In this document: positions 37,139 through 45,231 of the stretch, one piece after another
How the letters are laid out: every line of letters begins with the position of its first letter
Position numbering within the stretch: position 1 is the first letter of the stretch
From: an uncultured virus (IMG/VR IMGVR_UViG_3300037067_005627)
Lineage: Duplodnaviria; Heunggongvirae; Uroviricota; Caudoviricetes
Direction: 5' to 3' (one strand)
IMG/VR virus record: IMGVR_UViG_3300037067_005627
DNA length: 64,000 nucleotides
Program-made: the position numbers and the translations under genes
The notes under the pieces: generated by a model
Told to the model about the DNA's origin: nothing
Database searches by the model: none
The model's input: only the letters and a program-made list of their open reading frames with translations

Positions 37139-37936
37139 CTATCGCGTATAGTAGTGGGGTTTGACCTTTGAAGCCGTAGTCACATCCCCTTTGAACCTGA
37201 ATAGCCTTGCTTCCCTTTTGCTGATCGTCAACCTGGAACCAGCAGTTAACAATGTTGAATCGGATGTCGGCGTAGCCCCGTCCATATTGTACCTTATCCC
37301 ATTGTCTTCAACCGCTATAACTATGGTTTCCGTCCCTTCAGGCGTAACCAAACTTGACGTGCCGCTCAAACTACTTACGCTATAAACGCTTATCCCACTC
37401 GCTATCCCGAACCCTTGTGGGTCTGCCCATCCAGCGCCACCCCTCAAAGTCATCCTTGCATAAGGCGTAACTCCAAGCCCTTGTGTCGTACCGCTCACCA
37501 CCCCTTCCAGACATGCCTGCATCTCAGGCCGCAAGAAATAGGTAGGGGGGAACTTGAACACCTTTGGCTCCCCTGTAGCCCCACTCACCACATTCTCCCC
37601 TATCACTATGGGAATCCTCGGAGCCAACGCCCACGCAGTAACGCTATTTATGTTACTACACTTCACCCACACACTCACGCCTATAACACTCGTAGCCCCA
37701 CTTATACTTTCCCACTGGAAGCTACCTATCCCCTCGCTATACATCTTCCCCAATTCTATCACGGCGCAAGGGCTGACCCCTGTGACGCTTGCGCCACTAG
37801 CCCCATACCTAGTAGCCGCACTCATCATCTTCTCTTCCACAGGGTAAATCCTAAGCATCTTGCTCTCTTGATCCGCCCAAGCGTTACTTAAACAGCAGAT
37901 CAATAACCCCACCACCAATGCAAATATCTTTCCCAT
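37139..37936 (-). CDS. Signal-peptide-bearing protein with a phage-type C-terminal beta domain
   Basis: MGKIFALVVGLLICCLSNAWA-DQ; C-terminal VEDNGIRY.MDG.TPT....LL.AG. Confidence 0.7.
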   Translation of the reverse strand: MGKIFALVVGLLICCLSNAWADQESKMLRIYPVEEKMMSAATRYGASGASVTGVSPCAVIELGKMYSEGIGSFQWESISGATSVIGVSVWVKCSNINSVTAWALAPRIPIVIGENVVSGATGEPKVFKFPPTYFLRPEMQACLEGVVSGTTQGLGVTPYARMTLRGGAGWADPQGFGIASGISVYSVSSLSGTSSLVTPEGTETIVIAVEDNGIRYNMDGATPTSDSTLLTAGSRLTISKREARLFRFKGDVTTASKVKPHYYTR

Positions 37937-37997
37937 ATCCCTTTACCCCTCTAAAGTTGCGGAGATGTATCTATGACCCCACCCTGTACGAAATCCC

Positions 37998-38159
37998 CTA
38001 TGCTTTTGTCCCTACCTCTTTCACTGGTTTCCCATCCAATTCAAACTTATTCTCATGCCCGCAAATCTTACACGCTATCTCAAACCGCCTCACTACCCCA
38101 TTCGCCATTGGGTGCATTACTATCAGGCTCCTTCCACACTTCTCGCAGTTAAGCAACAT
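37998..38159 (-). CDS. Com-like zinc-ribbon protein (53 aa, not in the ORF track)
   Basis: MLLNCEKCGRSL...FEIACKICGHEN, the CxxC...IxCxxC pattern of Mu Com. Confidence 0.6.
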   Translation of the reverse strand: MLLNCEKCGRSLIVMHPMANGVVRRFEIACKICGHENKFELDGKPVKEVGTKA

Positions 38160-38160
38160 A

Positions 38161-38418
38161 TCATCCCCCAAACTTCAAGCACTCTATCACTTTATCTGCC
38201 ATCTCCCTATCGCCCTCTTTCTCACCCTCAAGCAAGTCCTCATAATCCGTTTCCATCTGCCTCTTCCATCTCCTTACAAGCCCCGCAGGTATAACCATAT
38301 CCCCTTCCCTATTCACACTACAAAGGCGGGACATGTACGAAATCCAATGGCTCCATATCTTATGTTGGGCGTCAGCTATCTTTTCCCTCATATCATCCAT
38401 GTATTTGTCGTAATCCAA
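38161..38418 (-). CDS. Conserved-looking hypothetical phage protein
   Basis: H..WSHW..YM...RW.RQM.T.Y..L.E.EKE.DR. Confidence 0.65.
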   Translation of the reverse strand: MDYDKYMDDMREKIADAQHKIWSHWISYMSRLCSVNREGDMVIPAGLVRRWKRQMETDYEDLLEGEKEGDREMADKVIECLKFGG

Positions 38419-38709
38419 AGTTTTACCCCCCCCCGCGTGTGCGTGTATATGGAATAGGAAATCTATTATAACCGGTATAGCCCTTTCGTAAGAACAGCCC
38501 TTTTTGTTCTTTAACTATGTGGAACGGGGGGATATATCACCACAGCACCAGGCATTCAGAAGCCACCCCCACGCCCTTGTCTAAACAATCCATTGTCCAT
38601 ACTACACATAACAATCCTTATGGCTAAATGAGTCAAGCCATGATACATTGCATTACATTGCGCCATAGTCAAGTACGATGTGTGTGCCATATACATAGTG
38701 TGCCCTTTA

Positions 38710-39171
38710 CTACTTAGTCAATGATTCGATATCAGTCTTAAGCAGAACTGCGCCGCCTATATCTACCTTATGTGTGTCTTGCCATTTGTGTTTAGACTTA
38801 AGGTAAAACATCGCGGATACTGCATTAATCTTGTTTCTCGCACCTTTCCACGCTATATTAACCTGCTCAGTATCCATGCATTTTTTGTGCCATAAATCAA
38901 ACGCTTTATCCATACCCCTAAACCTATCTATATCATCTTTGAATACACCGTGAATGAGACAATATTGCTCAAAATACAGGTGATCGGGATCATCTTCTAG
39001 TAACCACTTTATTCCATTCCTAAAGAAGATTCGTATAGTGTCATAGTTCCAATCTTGTGGTCTATTCTCCCGGTTTAGTGTCCTGTTATCCGTTTTCTTG
39101 TTAATGGGCAGGGAAGGTCTAAGTTTACCCGTTTTATGTGTGCTTATGTTGCGCCTTACGAATCCGGCCAT
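38710..39171 (-). CDS. terS: Terminase small subunit (P22 gp3-like)
   Basis: C-terminal AMFYLKSKHKWQD..KVD; first gene of the late operon. Confidence 0.7.
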   Translation of the reverse strand: MAGFVRRNISTHKTGKLRPSLPINKKTDNRTLNRENRPQDWNYDTIRIFFRNGIKWLLEDDPDHLYFEQYCLIHGVFKDDIDRFRGMDKAFDLWHKKCMDTEQVNIAWKGARNKINAVSAMFYLKSKHKWQDTHKVDIGGAVLLKTDIESLTK

Positions 39172-39216
39172 TTGATTTCTCCGATGTATAAAATAAGGAT
39201 AGGAAATTTGCGCTTA

Positions 39217-39232
39217 TGGTACGATTCTTGCA
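39217..39232 (+). promoter_or_regulatory. Sigma54-type -24/-12 element
   Basis: TGGTACG-ATTC-TTGCA versus consensus TGGCACG-N4-TTGCW. Confidence 0.5.
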
Positions 39233-39287
39233 TGTATAGGCGCAATTTGTTACAAGTGGTTTTTGTGCGCCTGTTAATGTAAGGGAA

Positions 39288-39303
39288 TGCAAGGTTCGTA
39301 CCA
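39288..39303 (-). promoter_or_regulatory. Sigma54-type -24/-12 element facing terS and the late operon
   Basis: TGGTACG-AACC-TTGCA on the - strand, about 120 bp upstream of terS. Confidence 0.55.
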
Positions 39304-39637
39304 GTCGAACTATAGCCTATTGATTACGTGATGTTACGTTGGTATGTGTGCGATTATGGGAGAGGAGGGATATTGTGTCAATATGTTTCTGGTGGAATAG
39401 TATGGATTATTTTTTTCTACCTGTTATTACAGTGAGTTATGAGTGACGCCAAACGATAGGAATATGTGAATAATGCGGAAAACGGAGTATTTGTACGAAA
39501 ATCTATGAAAATAATAGGATACATATTGTATTGAACTTGTAGTTGACTTTGGTTCTTTGATTTAATTGTTTTTGATGTTTTACTTCTGCAATTGAATAGG
39601 ATTATACTGTGTGCAATCTGAAACATTATAAGGGAGG

Positions 39638-39925
39638 ATGAACATGAAAAAGAAATTGGTATTCAAACGGGTGACTAAGGGAACTTCTGAAAAGAAGGTA
39701 CACAAAACAAGACCACAATTATATTCTTCTATTCTCAAAGAGTATGAACCGATGTGCAAGGAAGATCAGATTGATCTTATGACTGAATTGCACAAAGAAG
39801 AGACCGGGAAAGACGTTCCAAATGAGATGATTTATCTTGTGGGAAAATACCTGGCCCTCTTGTGTGCCCTTGGAATTGTGGAAATTGGGAAAGACAAGTG
39901 TATCAAATACCTGATAGAGGAATAG
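39638..39925 (+). CDS. Early hypothetical protein
   Basis: GGGAGG RBS; start at 39638 or 39644. Confidence 0.7.
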   Translation: MNMKKKLVFKRVTKGTSEKKVHKTRPQLYSSILKEYEPMCKEDQIDLMTELHKEETGKDVPNEMIYLVGKYLALLCALGIVEIGKDKCIKYLIEE

Positions 39926-39987
39926 AGACCGGACACTGCAAACAAGGAACGCACTGCAAACATCTAAACATCATAAGGAGAAATATC

Positions 39988-40323
39988 ATGATAGAGAAAA
40001 AGAAAGTGGTACTGAGGAAAAGGAATGGTGAAGAAAAAGTCACCGAAACAATGTTCACCGTAACCGCAAATTACATCGGTGACAGTACCAAAGGGACATA
40101 CGAACGATACGACTTGGAAGAGAACAAAAAGATCAAAGGGAGTTTTTATGTGGTCAAAGGTCAAAAGGTAAGTGAGATCGACCTGAATAACGGGAACACG
40201 GAAAAAACTAAAGAGACAAAAAATTATGACAGGTATTCTGTTGAGACTGAAGGGTATAACGGAAATGTGTTCATCGACAAGGGAAAGGATTTTACTCCGG
40301 TCAAAATCATCCTGAAAAAGTAA
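39988..40323 (+). CDS. Early hypothetical protein with an internal duplication
   Basis: AAGGAG RBS; TKGTYERY...KGSFYVVKG versus TKNYDRY...NGNVFIDKG. Confidence 0.7.
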   Translation: MIEKKKVVLRKRNGEEKVTETMFTVTANYIGDSTKGTYERYDLEENKKIKGSFYVVKGQKVSEIDLNNGNTEKTKETKNYDRYSVETEGYNGNVFIDKGKDFTPVKIILKK

Positions 40324-40342
40324 CATTCGACCAGTCTCACTT

Positions 40343-40385
40343 AATCCCCTTACAGGTTCCATACTGTAAGGGGATTTCTTTTTGT
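40343..40385 (+). terminator. Intrinsic terminator
   Basis: AATCCCCTTACAG/CTGTAAGGGGATT stem followed by TCTTTTTGT. Confidence 0.85.
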
Positions 40386-40553
40386 GCATTCCTGTATGTA
40401 TCTTTCCTTTGCATCTAGTGTACTACCCTTTTTGTGCGTTTTAAGACCTATTCCTAACAGTACCCCTGATTTTACTGGTATCTCAGAGTATAGTCCATAT
40501 ACAGATACGTCTATCCGGTCAAACGTCTAGACTGATACCCGTTTTGTACGTTT

Positions 40554-40582
40554 TTGACCGTATTTTCGTTATAGTCTATAAT
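40554..40582 (+). promoter_or_regulatory. Sigma70-type promoter
   Basis: TTGACC-17-TATAAT. Confidence 0.7.
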
Positions 40583-40994
40583 GATATTTTGACGTATCTG
40601 GTTTTTTGGTTCAATCCTGTATCTGGTTTTCTGTCCCTGTCATACCCTCATATTGCAGTGGATATACCAGTCAGGATATATAGGTCAATTCCATATTCAA
40701 AGGAATATGACAAAGGCTAGATAGAGGGCACATGTATGCCATTATGGTGAAGACAGACAAGCAGAGGGTTGCGCCATTTGTGTGCCAGATACGGGATATT
40801 GTGCTATTCCAGGTTAATCGGGCACACTTTCGGCACATCGTAAAAGGCGCATATATGCCATTAAGTTGTATACAACCAAGCCAATCCATAAGGAATTAGC
40901 ATGAAATCAGCACATATACGCCATTAAGTTGCTGATAGTCAAGCCAGAGATAGAAGATTTGGTAAGTTACCGAAAACATTGCGAAAAATTTTTC

Positions 40995-41023
40995 TTGACT
41001 TTTGTTTGACGGTCGGTTATAAT
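40995..41023 (+). promoter_or_regulatory. Sigma70-type promoter
   Basis: TTGACT-17-TATAAT with upstream AAAATTTTTC. Confidence 0.85.
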
Positions 41024-41065
41024 TAACCAAAACGTCAACAATTTAACCGAAAAGGGGGATGGCAC

Positions 41066-41266
41066 ATGTGGAAACAAGATTATTACCATTGGAAAGAAGG
41101 GAGAGAAGCTAAAGGGATAAGACACCTTAATCCCGCCATACATCCTATGGCGTCCAGACTTCGGTACTTCATGGAAGAGGCAGAAAGGAATAAATCTTCT
41201 ATGACTAACTTCCAGAAAATGAATGAGTTTTTCTGGCATATGCAAGAGATAGGAGGAATAAAATAA
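41066..41266 (+). CDS. Early hypothetical protein
   Basis: First ORF after the promoter; coupled to the next gene. Confidence 0.6.
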   Translation: MWKQDYYHWKEGREAKGIRHLNPAIHPMASRLRYFMEEAERNKSSMTNFQKMNEFFWHMQEIGGIK

Positions 41267-41511
41267 TGGCAATAACACTTGAACAGGCAAAGGGACTGAG
41301 ACAAGGGCAGACAATTTACCATGTCTCAAACAGGAACTCGGATGGGACACCGCAAAGATGGCGCGTAACCAACGTCAAGACCTGGAAACGCAATCCCTCT
41401 AGAGTGCAAGTAGGGCTCAAGTACGGATTGCGCCATTATGACACCCTTAGAGAGCACGATCTGGACTTGGTATGTTTGACAGAAGAGGAGGCTCTAGGTG
41501 AAAAGGCGTAA
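41266..41511 (+). CDS. Early hypothetical protein
   Basis: N.DGTP.RWRV..VKTWKRNP motif; GGAGG RBS. Confidence 0.7.
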   Translation: MAITLEQAKGLRQGQTIYHVSNRNSDGTPQRWRVTNVKTWKRNPSRVQVGLKYGLRHYDTLREHDLDLVCLTEEEALGEKA

Positions 41512-41806
41512 ATCACCCAAACCGAAGTTCGTCAGGAGGGGCAGAATAGAACTGATGACCCCTCCTGAAAGGCGCAGTTCCCTGTATAGGGGAAAGAACT
41601 TTCTAGCCAGAGTCGATGCGGTAGATAATGGCTTTGCAACCCTTCTGATATGGGATAAAGAATCCGGTAAGTGGATTGACTACCCTAGTTTTGAACAGGC
41701 AGAAGCCGCTGCTAAAACTTTTCTCAAGAGGGATGGTAGATGCGAGGCAGTCTGGAAATATCACACTAAAGACGGAAAGGAGATGGCAAGACAATGGGGA
41801 GCATAA
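41498..41806 (+). CDS. Early hypothetical protein
   Basis: GGAGG RBS, GTG start. Confidence 0.65.
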   Translation: MKRRKSPKPKFVRRGRIELMTPPERRSSLYRGKNFLARVDAVDNGFATLLIWDKESGKWIDYPSFEQAEAAAKTFLKRDGRCEAVWKYHTKDGKEMARQWGA

Positions 41807-42015
41807 GTCATAAAGCGAGAATGGTTCCAGTAAGGTTCGACAAGGAGGCTCCGAAAGGGAAGATGAGCGCTATCAAATACGAATGGATAGCGTCCGTTTC
41901 TTTCGAGTCGAAGACCACAGAAGAGGCTATAATTCATTCGTGGATGAAAGGGGAAGTCGATCTTCTGCTTGATTATGAAGCCATAGAAAACCTTAACGGC
42001 CTTTATGGGGAGTAG
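41794..42015 (+). CDS. Early hypothetical protein
   Basis: ORF in a coupled run. Confidence 0.5.
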   Translation: MGSISHKARMVPVRFDKEAPKGKMSAIKYEWIASVSFESKTTEEAIIHSWMKGEVDLLLDYEAIENLNGLYGE

Positions 42016-42276
42016 CCATGAATATCAGAATAAACAGGAAGATCAGAAGAATGGCAATAAGTTGGAGGGTTATCGCCCTTGCATACGCAACAATATTGGC
42101 AATGGTGTCGATGGTGGTGCGATAAGGAGGCGTTATGAGTATTATAATACCAGGGCTTAATATCCAAATGATTATGGATGAAGGTTTGATTGGATTTCTC
42201 GCCGTATTAGTATTTGGTTTTCTTGTTTTGTGGCTCTTTTTTCGTAACACGAAGGATTAACAAATAAGGAGGGGAT

Positions 42277-42504
42277 ATGAATAGCATAATTACTTGGGAC
42301 ATAAACGATCAAATAAGCATTAAGGAGTTAGAAGCAGATTTAACACGCTTTCATTCTAAAAATAAGAAACCCCATATTTACGAAGTAGAAGATACTGGTG
42401 GAAGTTGGTACGCCATTCTTCTTTCGGACAAAAAGATGGGCAGAAAAGAAGTTCAATTAGTTTACGACCTTTGGCTAGATGAGGAAGAAAATGAAGAGGC
42501 ATAA
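42277..42504 (+). CDS. Early hypothetical protein
   Basis: AAGGAGG RBS. Confidence 0.65.
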   Translation: MNSIITWDINDQISIKELEADLTRFHSKNKKPHIYEVEDTGGSWYAILLSDKKMGRKEVQLVYDLWLDEEENEEA

Positions 42505-42724
42505 AATTCAAGTGAGGATATTGGGCGAAGGAGTGAAGGAGGTTGAAAGGGTGCTAGTCGCAGAACAGATTGGCAACTTCAACCCCCTCTTCTGTACTTA
42601 CAATGGCAAGAAATACCTTGTCCATTCAACGCAAGGGGATATATCTGACCCCTTTAGGCGAGATGAGAGTTATCTCAAAACCCTATACATTGAGGTAGAA
42701 GGAGGCAAAAAATGTATAAACTAA
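42491..42724 (+). CDS. Early hypothetical protein
   Basis: QIGNFNP.FC.Y.GK motif; start at MKRHK inferred. Confidence 0.6.
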   Translation: MKRHKIQVRILGEGVKEVERVLVAEQIGNFNPLFCTYNGKKYLVHSTQGDISDPFRRDESYLKTLYIEVEGGKKCIN

Positions 42725-43509
42725 CAAGGCCGGATGGATTTGATTTTTACAGTGGCACAATTAATTACAGAGACGCTATTGGTTCTGTAATTAGGGTAAC
42801 AGACTTTGACCCGCCAGAATTAGGGTCATGCGGAAGAGGGTTGCACGCCTCACAGAATCCTAACAATTGTTTTGTAGGGGCGAGCATCCCCTGCGCGGCA
42901 TTTAAAGTAGAGGGAATCCAGAAGATAGCGGGGGACAAAGAAAAATCTCGCTATCAAGCACTAAAAGTAATAGAAGAAATATATGACCTTGACACCCTTT
43001 TTGGATGGAGATATTCAGAAGCTGTGAGCCCCGTAAATCCTTTCAAAATCATTCCTCCACGTATGAATGAATCGCATATTAGTCTTTTGCACCAATGGGC
43101 TTCTGTAAGGGCTTCTGTAAGGGATTCTGTAAGGGATTCTATAGGGGCTTCTGTGAGGGATTCTGTAGAGGCTTCTGTATGGGATTCTGTATGGGCTTCT
43201 GTGAGGGATTCTGTAGAGGCTTCTGTATGGGATTCTGTATGGGCTTCTATAGGGGCTTCTATAGGGGCTTCTATAGGGGCTTCTGTATGGGGTTCTGTAG
43301 GGGCTTCTGTAGGGGCTTCTGTAGGGGCTTATATAGGCTCCTTATTTCCAAAGATAAAGATTTGGAAATACGCCCCTAAATCAATCGGCTATCCATTTCA
43401 ATCTGCGGTTGATTTATGGCGGCAAGGACTTGTCCCTTCGTTCAATGGGGAAATGTGGCAATTACATGGAGGAGAGAAAGGAGAAATTCTATGGGAAGGA
43501 AAACTATGA
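42712..43509 (+). CDS. Hypothetical protein with (A/D)SV(W/R/G) tetrapeptide repeats
   Basis: CG.GLHA N-terminal domain plus a repeat tract; GGAGG RBS. Confidence 0.8.
   Translation: MYKLTRPDGFDFYSGTINYRDAIGSVIRVTDFDPPELGSCGRGLHASQNPNNCFVGASIPCAAFKVEGIQKIAGDKEKSRYQALKVIEEIYDLDTLFGWRYSEAVSPVNPFKIIPPRMNESHISLLHQWASVRASVRDSVRDSIGASVRDSVEASVWDSVWASVRDSVEASVWDSVWASIGASIGASIGASVWGSVGASVGASVGAYIGSLFPKIKIWKYAPKSIGYPFQSAVDLWRQGLVPSFNGEMWQLHGGEKGEILWEGKL
43097..43335 (+). repeat. Degenerate 12-bp tandem repeat, about 20 units
   Basis: Units of the form GG(G/A)(C/T)TCT(G/A)T(A/G)N, in frame in 42712-43509. Confidence 0.9.
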
Positions 43510-43706
43510 AAAAAGTAGAGCGATCAGTGTTCAACATCCATCAACTAAAGATAGCCAGAGCGACATTAAAGATGTCTGATCTTGGCGTCCGTCTTATGGG
43601 CGGAATGACAAAAGAAGAAGCAAGGGAAGTCATTAAAAATTCGGAAAAGGAGAAAGTTCCTGAAACAATGGAAACCCCCGAAACTTCTAGACAAAATTTT
43701 TCTTGA
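43506..43706 (+). CDS. Hypothetical protein
   Basis: ATGA coupling; HQLKIAR.TLKMSD....MGGM.KEEA. Confidence 0.65.
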   Translation: MKKVERSVFNIHQLKIARATLKMSDLGVRLMGGMTKEEAREVIKNSEKEKVPETMETPETSRQNFS

Positions 43707-43731
43707 CGTTTGTTTTCCGGTCGGTTATAAT
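43703..43731 (+). promoter_or_regulatory. Sigma70-type promoter, near copy of the one at 40995
   Basis: AAAATTTTTC-TTGACG-17-TATAAT; shared CGGTCGGT before -10. Confidence 0.85.
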
Positions 43732-43761
43732 CAGGGACAACAAAAAATCGGAGGGGGGCAC

Positions 43762-44016
43762 ATGATAAGAAGAAACAAACCCAAGCCAGTCATTTTCAAA
43801 AGGGGAAAAGCGTCTATCGAAACGCTTACGGAATCACTTGCAGATTTATACACACAAACCTGTTGTCTTTGCATATATGGGCGTGAGCCTCTAACGGAAA
43901 GATGTGCAAAGTGCATCACTGGTGGCGGAAAGAAATTCAGCCCCTCCAAGAGACTAGTCGCAAGGTATGAACATCGGCTTAACCGCAAAAAGAAAATGGA
44001 GAGGAAAAAGGCATGA
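43762..44016 (+). CDS. Small basic Cys-containing protein
   Basis: CCLC...CAKC; GGAGG RBS. Confidence 0.65.
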   Translation: MIRRNKPKPVIFKRGKASIETLTESLADLYTQTCCLCIYGREPLTERCAKCITGGGKKFSPSKRLVARYEHRLNRKKKMERKKA

Positions 44017-44522
44017 GATATAGAAGGCTGGATTACAAAAGATATGAAGGGATTGTCAAGAGTTTAGCTGAACTCCTTGCACAGAAGGACAATGAACTGG
44101 CAGACTTAATCGGAGAAGGTGCTCTTGCATATGTCGAAGCAAGGAAGAGTTATGACAGAGAGAGGGGCGAGTTCTCCACGCATCTGTGGTGGAAAGCATT
44201 AGGGAGAATGAAGTCCTACCAACGAAAAGGGCGTATCAACCCCCACATAGACGCAGACATTCCAGCCATGTTCTTCGGCTCACATCAACCAGAACAAGAA
44301 GCAAGAGTTGGATTCAAACAATTCCTTGAATCGTTATCAGCAGAAGCTTTTGAAGTAGTAAGAATCATCTTTGAAGCTCCTGCCGAGTTATACGAGTACA
44401 CAACACAGAAAGGGTTAAGGCCAAAAGCACTGGCAAGATTCTTCGTTAAGGAAAGGGGGTGGAAGTTCGAGAAGGCGTGGGAAGCAAACAAGGAGATAGC
44501 AGACAAACTCAAAACACTTTAA
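44013..44522 (+). CDS. Phage sigma-factor-like protein
   Basis: Region-2 pattern ADLIGEG.LA..EA...YD..RG.FST...W; C-terminal LS....V HTH-like region. Confidence 0.7.
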   Translation: MRYRRLDYKRYEGIVKSLAELLAQKDNELADLIGEGALAYVEARKSYDRERGEFSTHLWWKALGRMKSYQRKGRINPHIDADIPAMFFGSHQPEQEARVGFKQFLESLSAEAFEVVRIIFEAPAELYEYTTQKGLRPKALARFFVKERGWKFEKAWEANKEIADKLKTL

Positions 44523-44535
44523 AAGGAGAAGCAAC

Positions 44536-45174
44536 ATGATTACACCGGATAGGCTGAATTGTATTAACGCAATTCAAGGGAGTGAATATAGGGGCCATGT
44601 CATTGATGTTGACCTGGTGCCAGATAAACCAGTCGAATTTGTGACAAGGATACTCCCTGACATTGAAGTCAGAGAAGCCACGATCGAGAAAGTGTTCAAC
44701 AAGATCGACGCCTCCATTCGCAGAGAAGAAGAGAAGGTGCGAGCAAAGGTCGGGGAGCCTTGCATGGTTCTCCATAAGGGTGAATGGAAAGAGGGCAAGA
44801 TCACGACAGCAGGGGTGGACGGTTCTGTAAGGGTACAACTCGGAAAGGGCGGCATCAGTCTTACCCTTGAAGAGTTCAACGAGAGGATAGTCGCCCACAC
44901 AGACGAAAACAAGGACGCCCTTGAGAAACTCATTGAGTATGAAGAGCTCCGGAAAGAGGCTGACAACGACATCCAGAAGTTGAAGGATAGCCTCAAGAAA
45001 CTTGACCTTCGGCCTTTCCTACAGCCTCTTGAAGAAGAGATAGAGGCGGCTGCAAAGGCGGATAGAGAGAAGGTCGAGAAGATGGAGAAGAAGGTGGCCA
45101 GGGAAGAGAAGAAGGCTGCAAAACTTCAGAAAGCAGCCCCTTCCAAGAAACTCGTCTTTGTGAGGAAAAAGTAA
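44536..45174 (+). CDS. Hypothetical protein (SH3/Tudor-like core plus coiled coil)
   Basis: AAGGAG RBS; VGEPC.V...GEW.EG.I. Confidence 0.7.
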   Translation: MITPDRLNCINAIQGSEYRGHVIDVDLVPDKPVEFVTRILPDIEVREATIEKVFNKIDASIRREEEKVRAKVGEPCMVLHKGEWKEGKITTAGVDGSVRVQLGKGGISLTLEEFNERIVAHTDENKDALEKLIEYEELRKEADNDIQKLKDSLKKLDLRPFLQPLEEEIEAAAKADREKVEKMEKKVAREEKKAAKLQKAAPSKKLVFVRKK

Positions 45175-45182
45175 TGAACCCC

Positions 45183-45214
45183 TTTAAGCTGGGAGGTAAT
45201 TCTCCCAGCTTAAA
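45183..45214. terminator. Intergenic hairpin
   Basis: TTTAAGCTGGGAG/CTCCCAGCTTAAA, 13-bp stem; weak U tract. Confidence 0.55.
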
Positions 45215-45231
45215 ATCAAAAAGGTAATCAT

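Noticed and set aside
6242..38457. Numerous + strand ORFs over the late operon, such as 30905-31729, 27492-27995 and 37918-38457
   Set aside because: They are antisense shadows of well-supported - strand genes, with no RBS or motifs
39934..39962. Direct repeat CACTGCAAACA twice
   Set aside because: Only two short copies were noticed, which is too little to assign a function
43095..43379. Cys-rich GFCx ORF and a possible CRISPR-like array
   Set aside because: It is an alternative frame of the 12-bp coding repeat; there are no unique spacers and no cas genes
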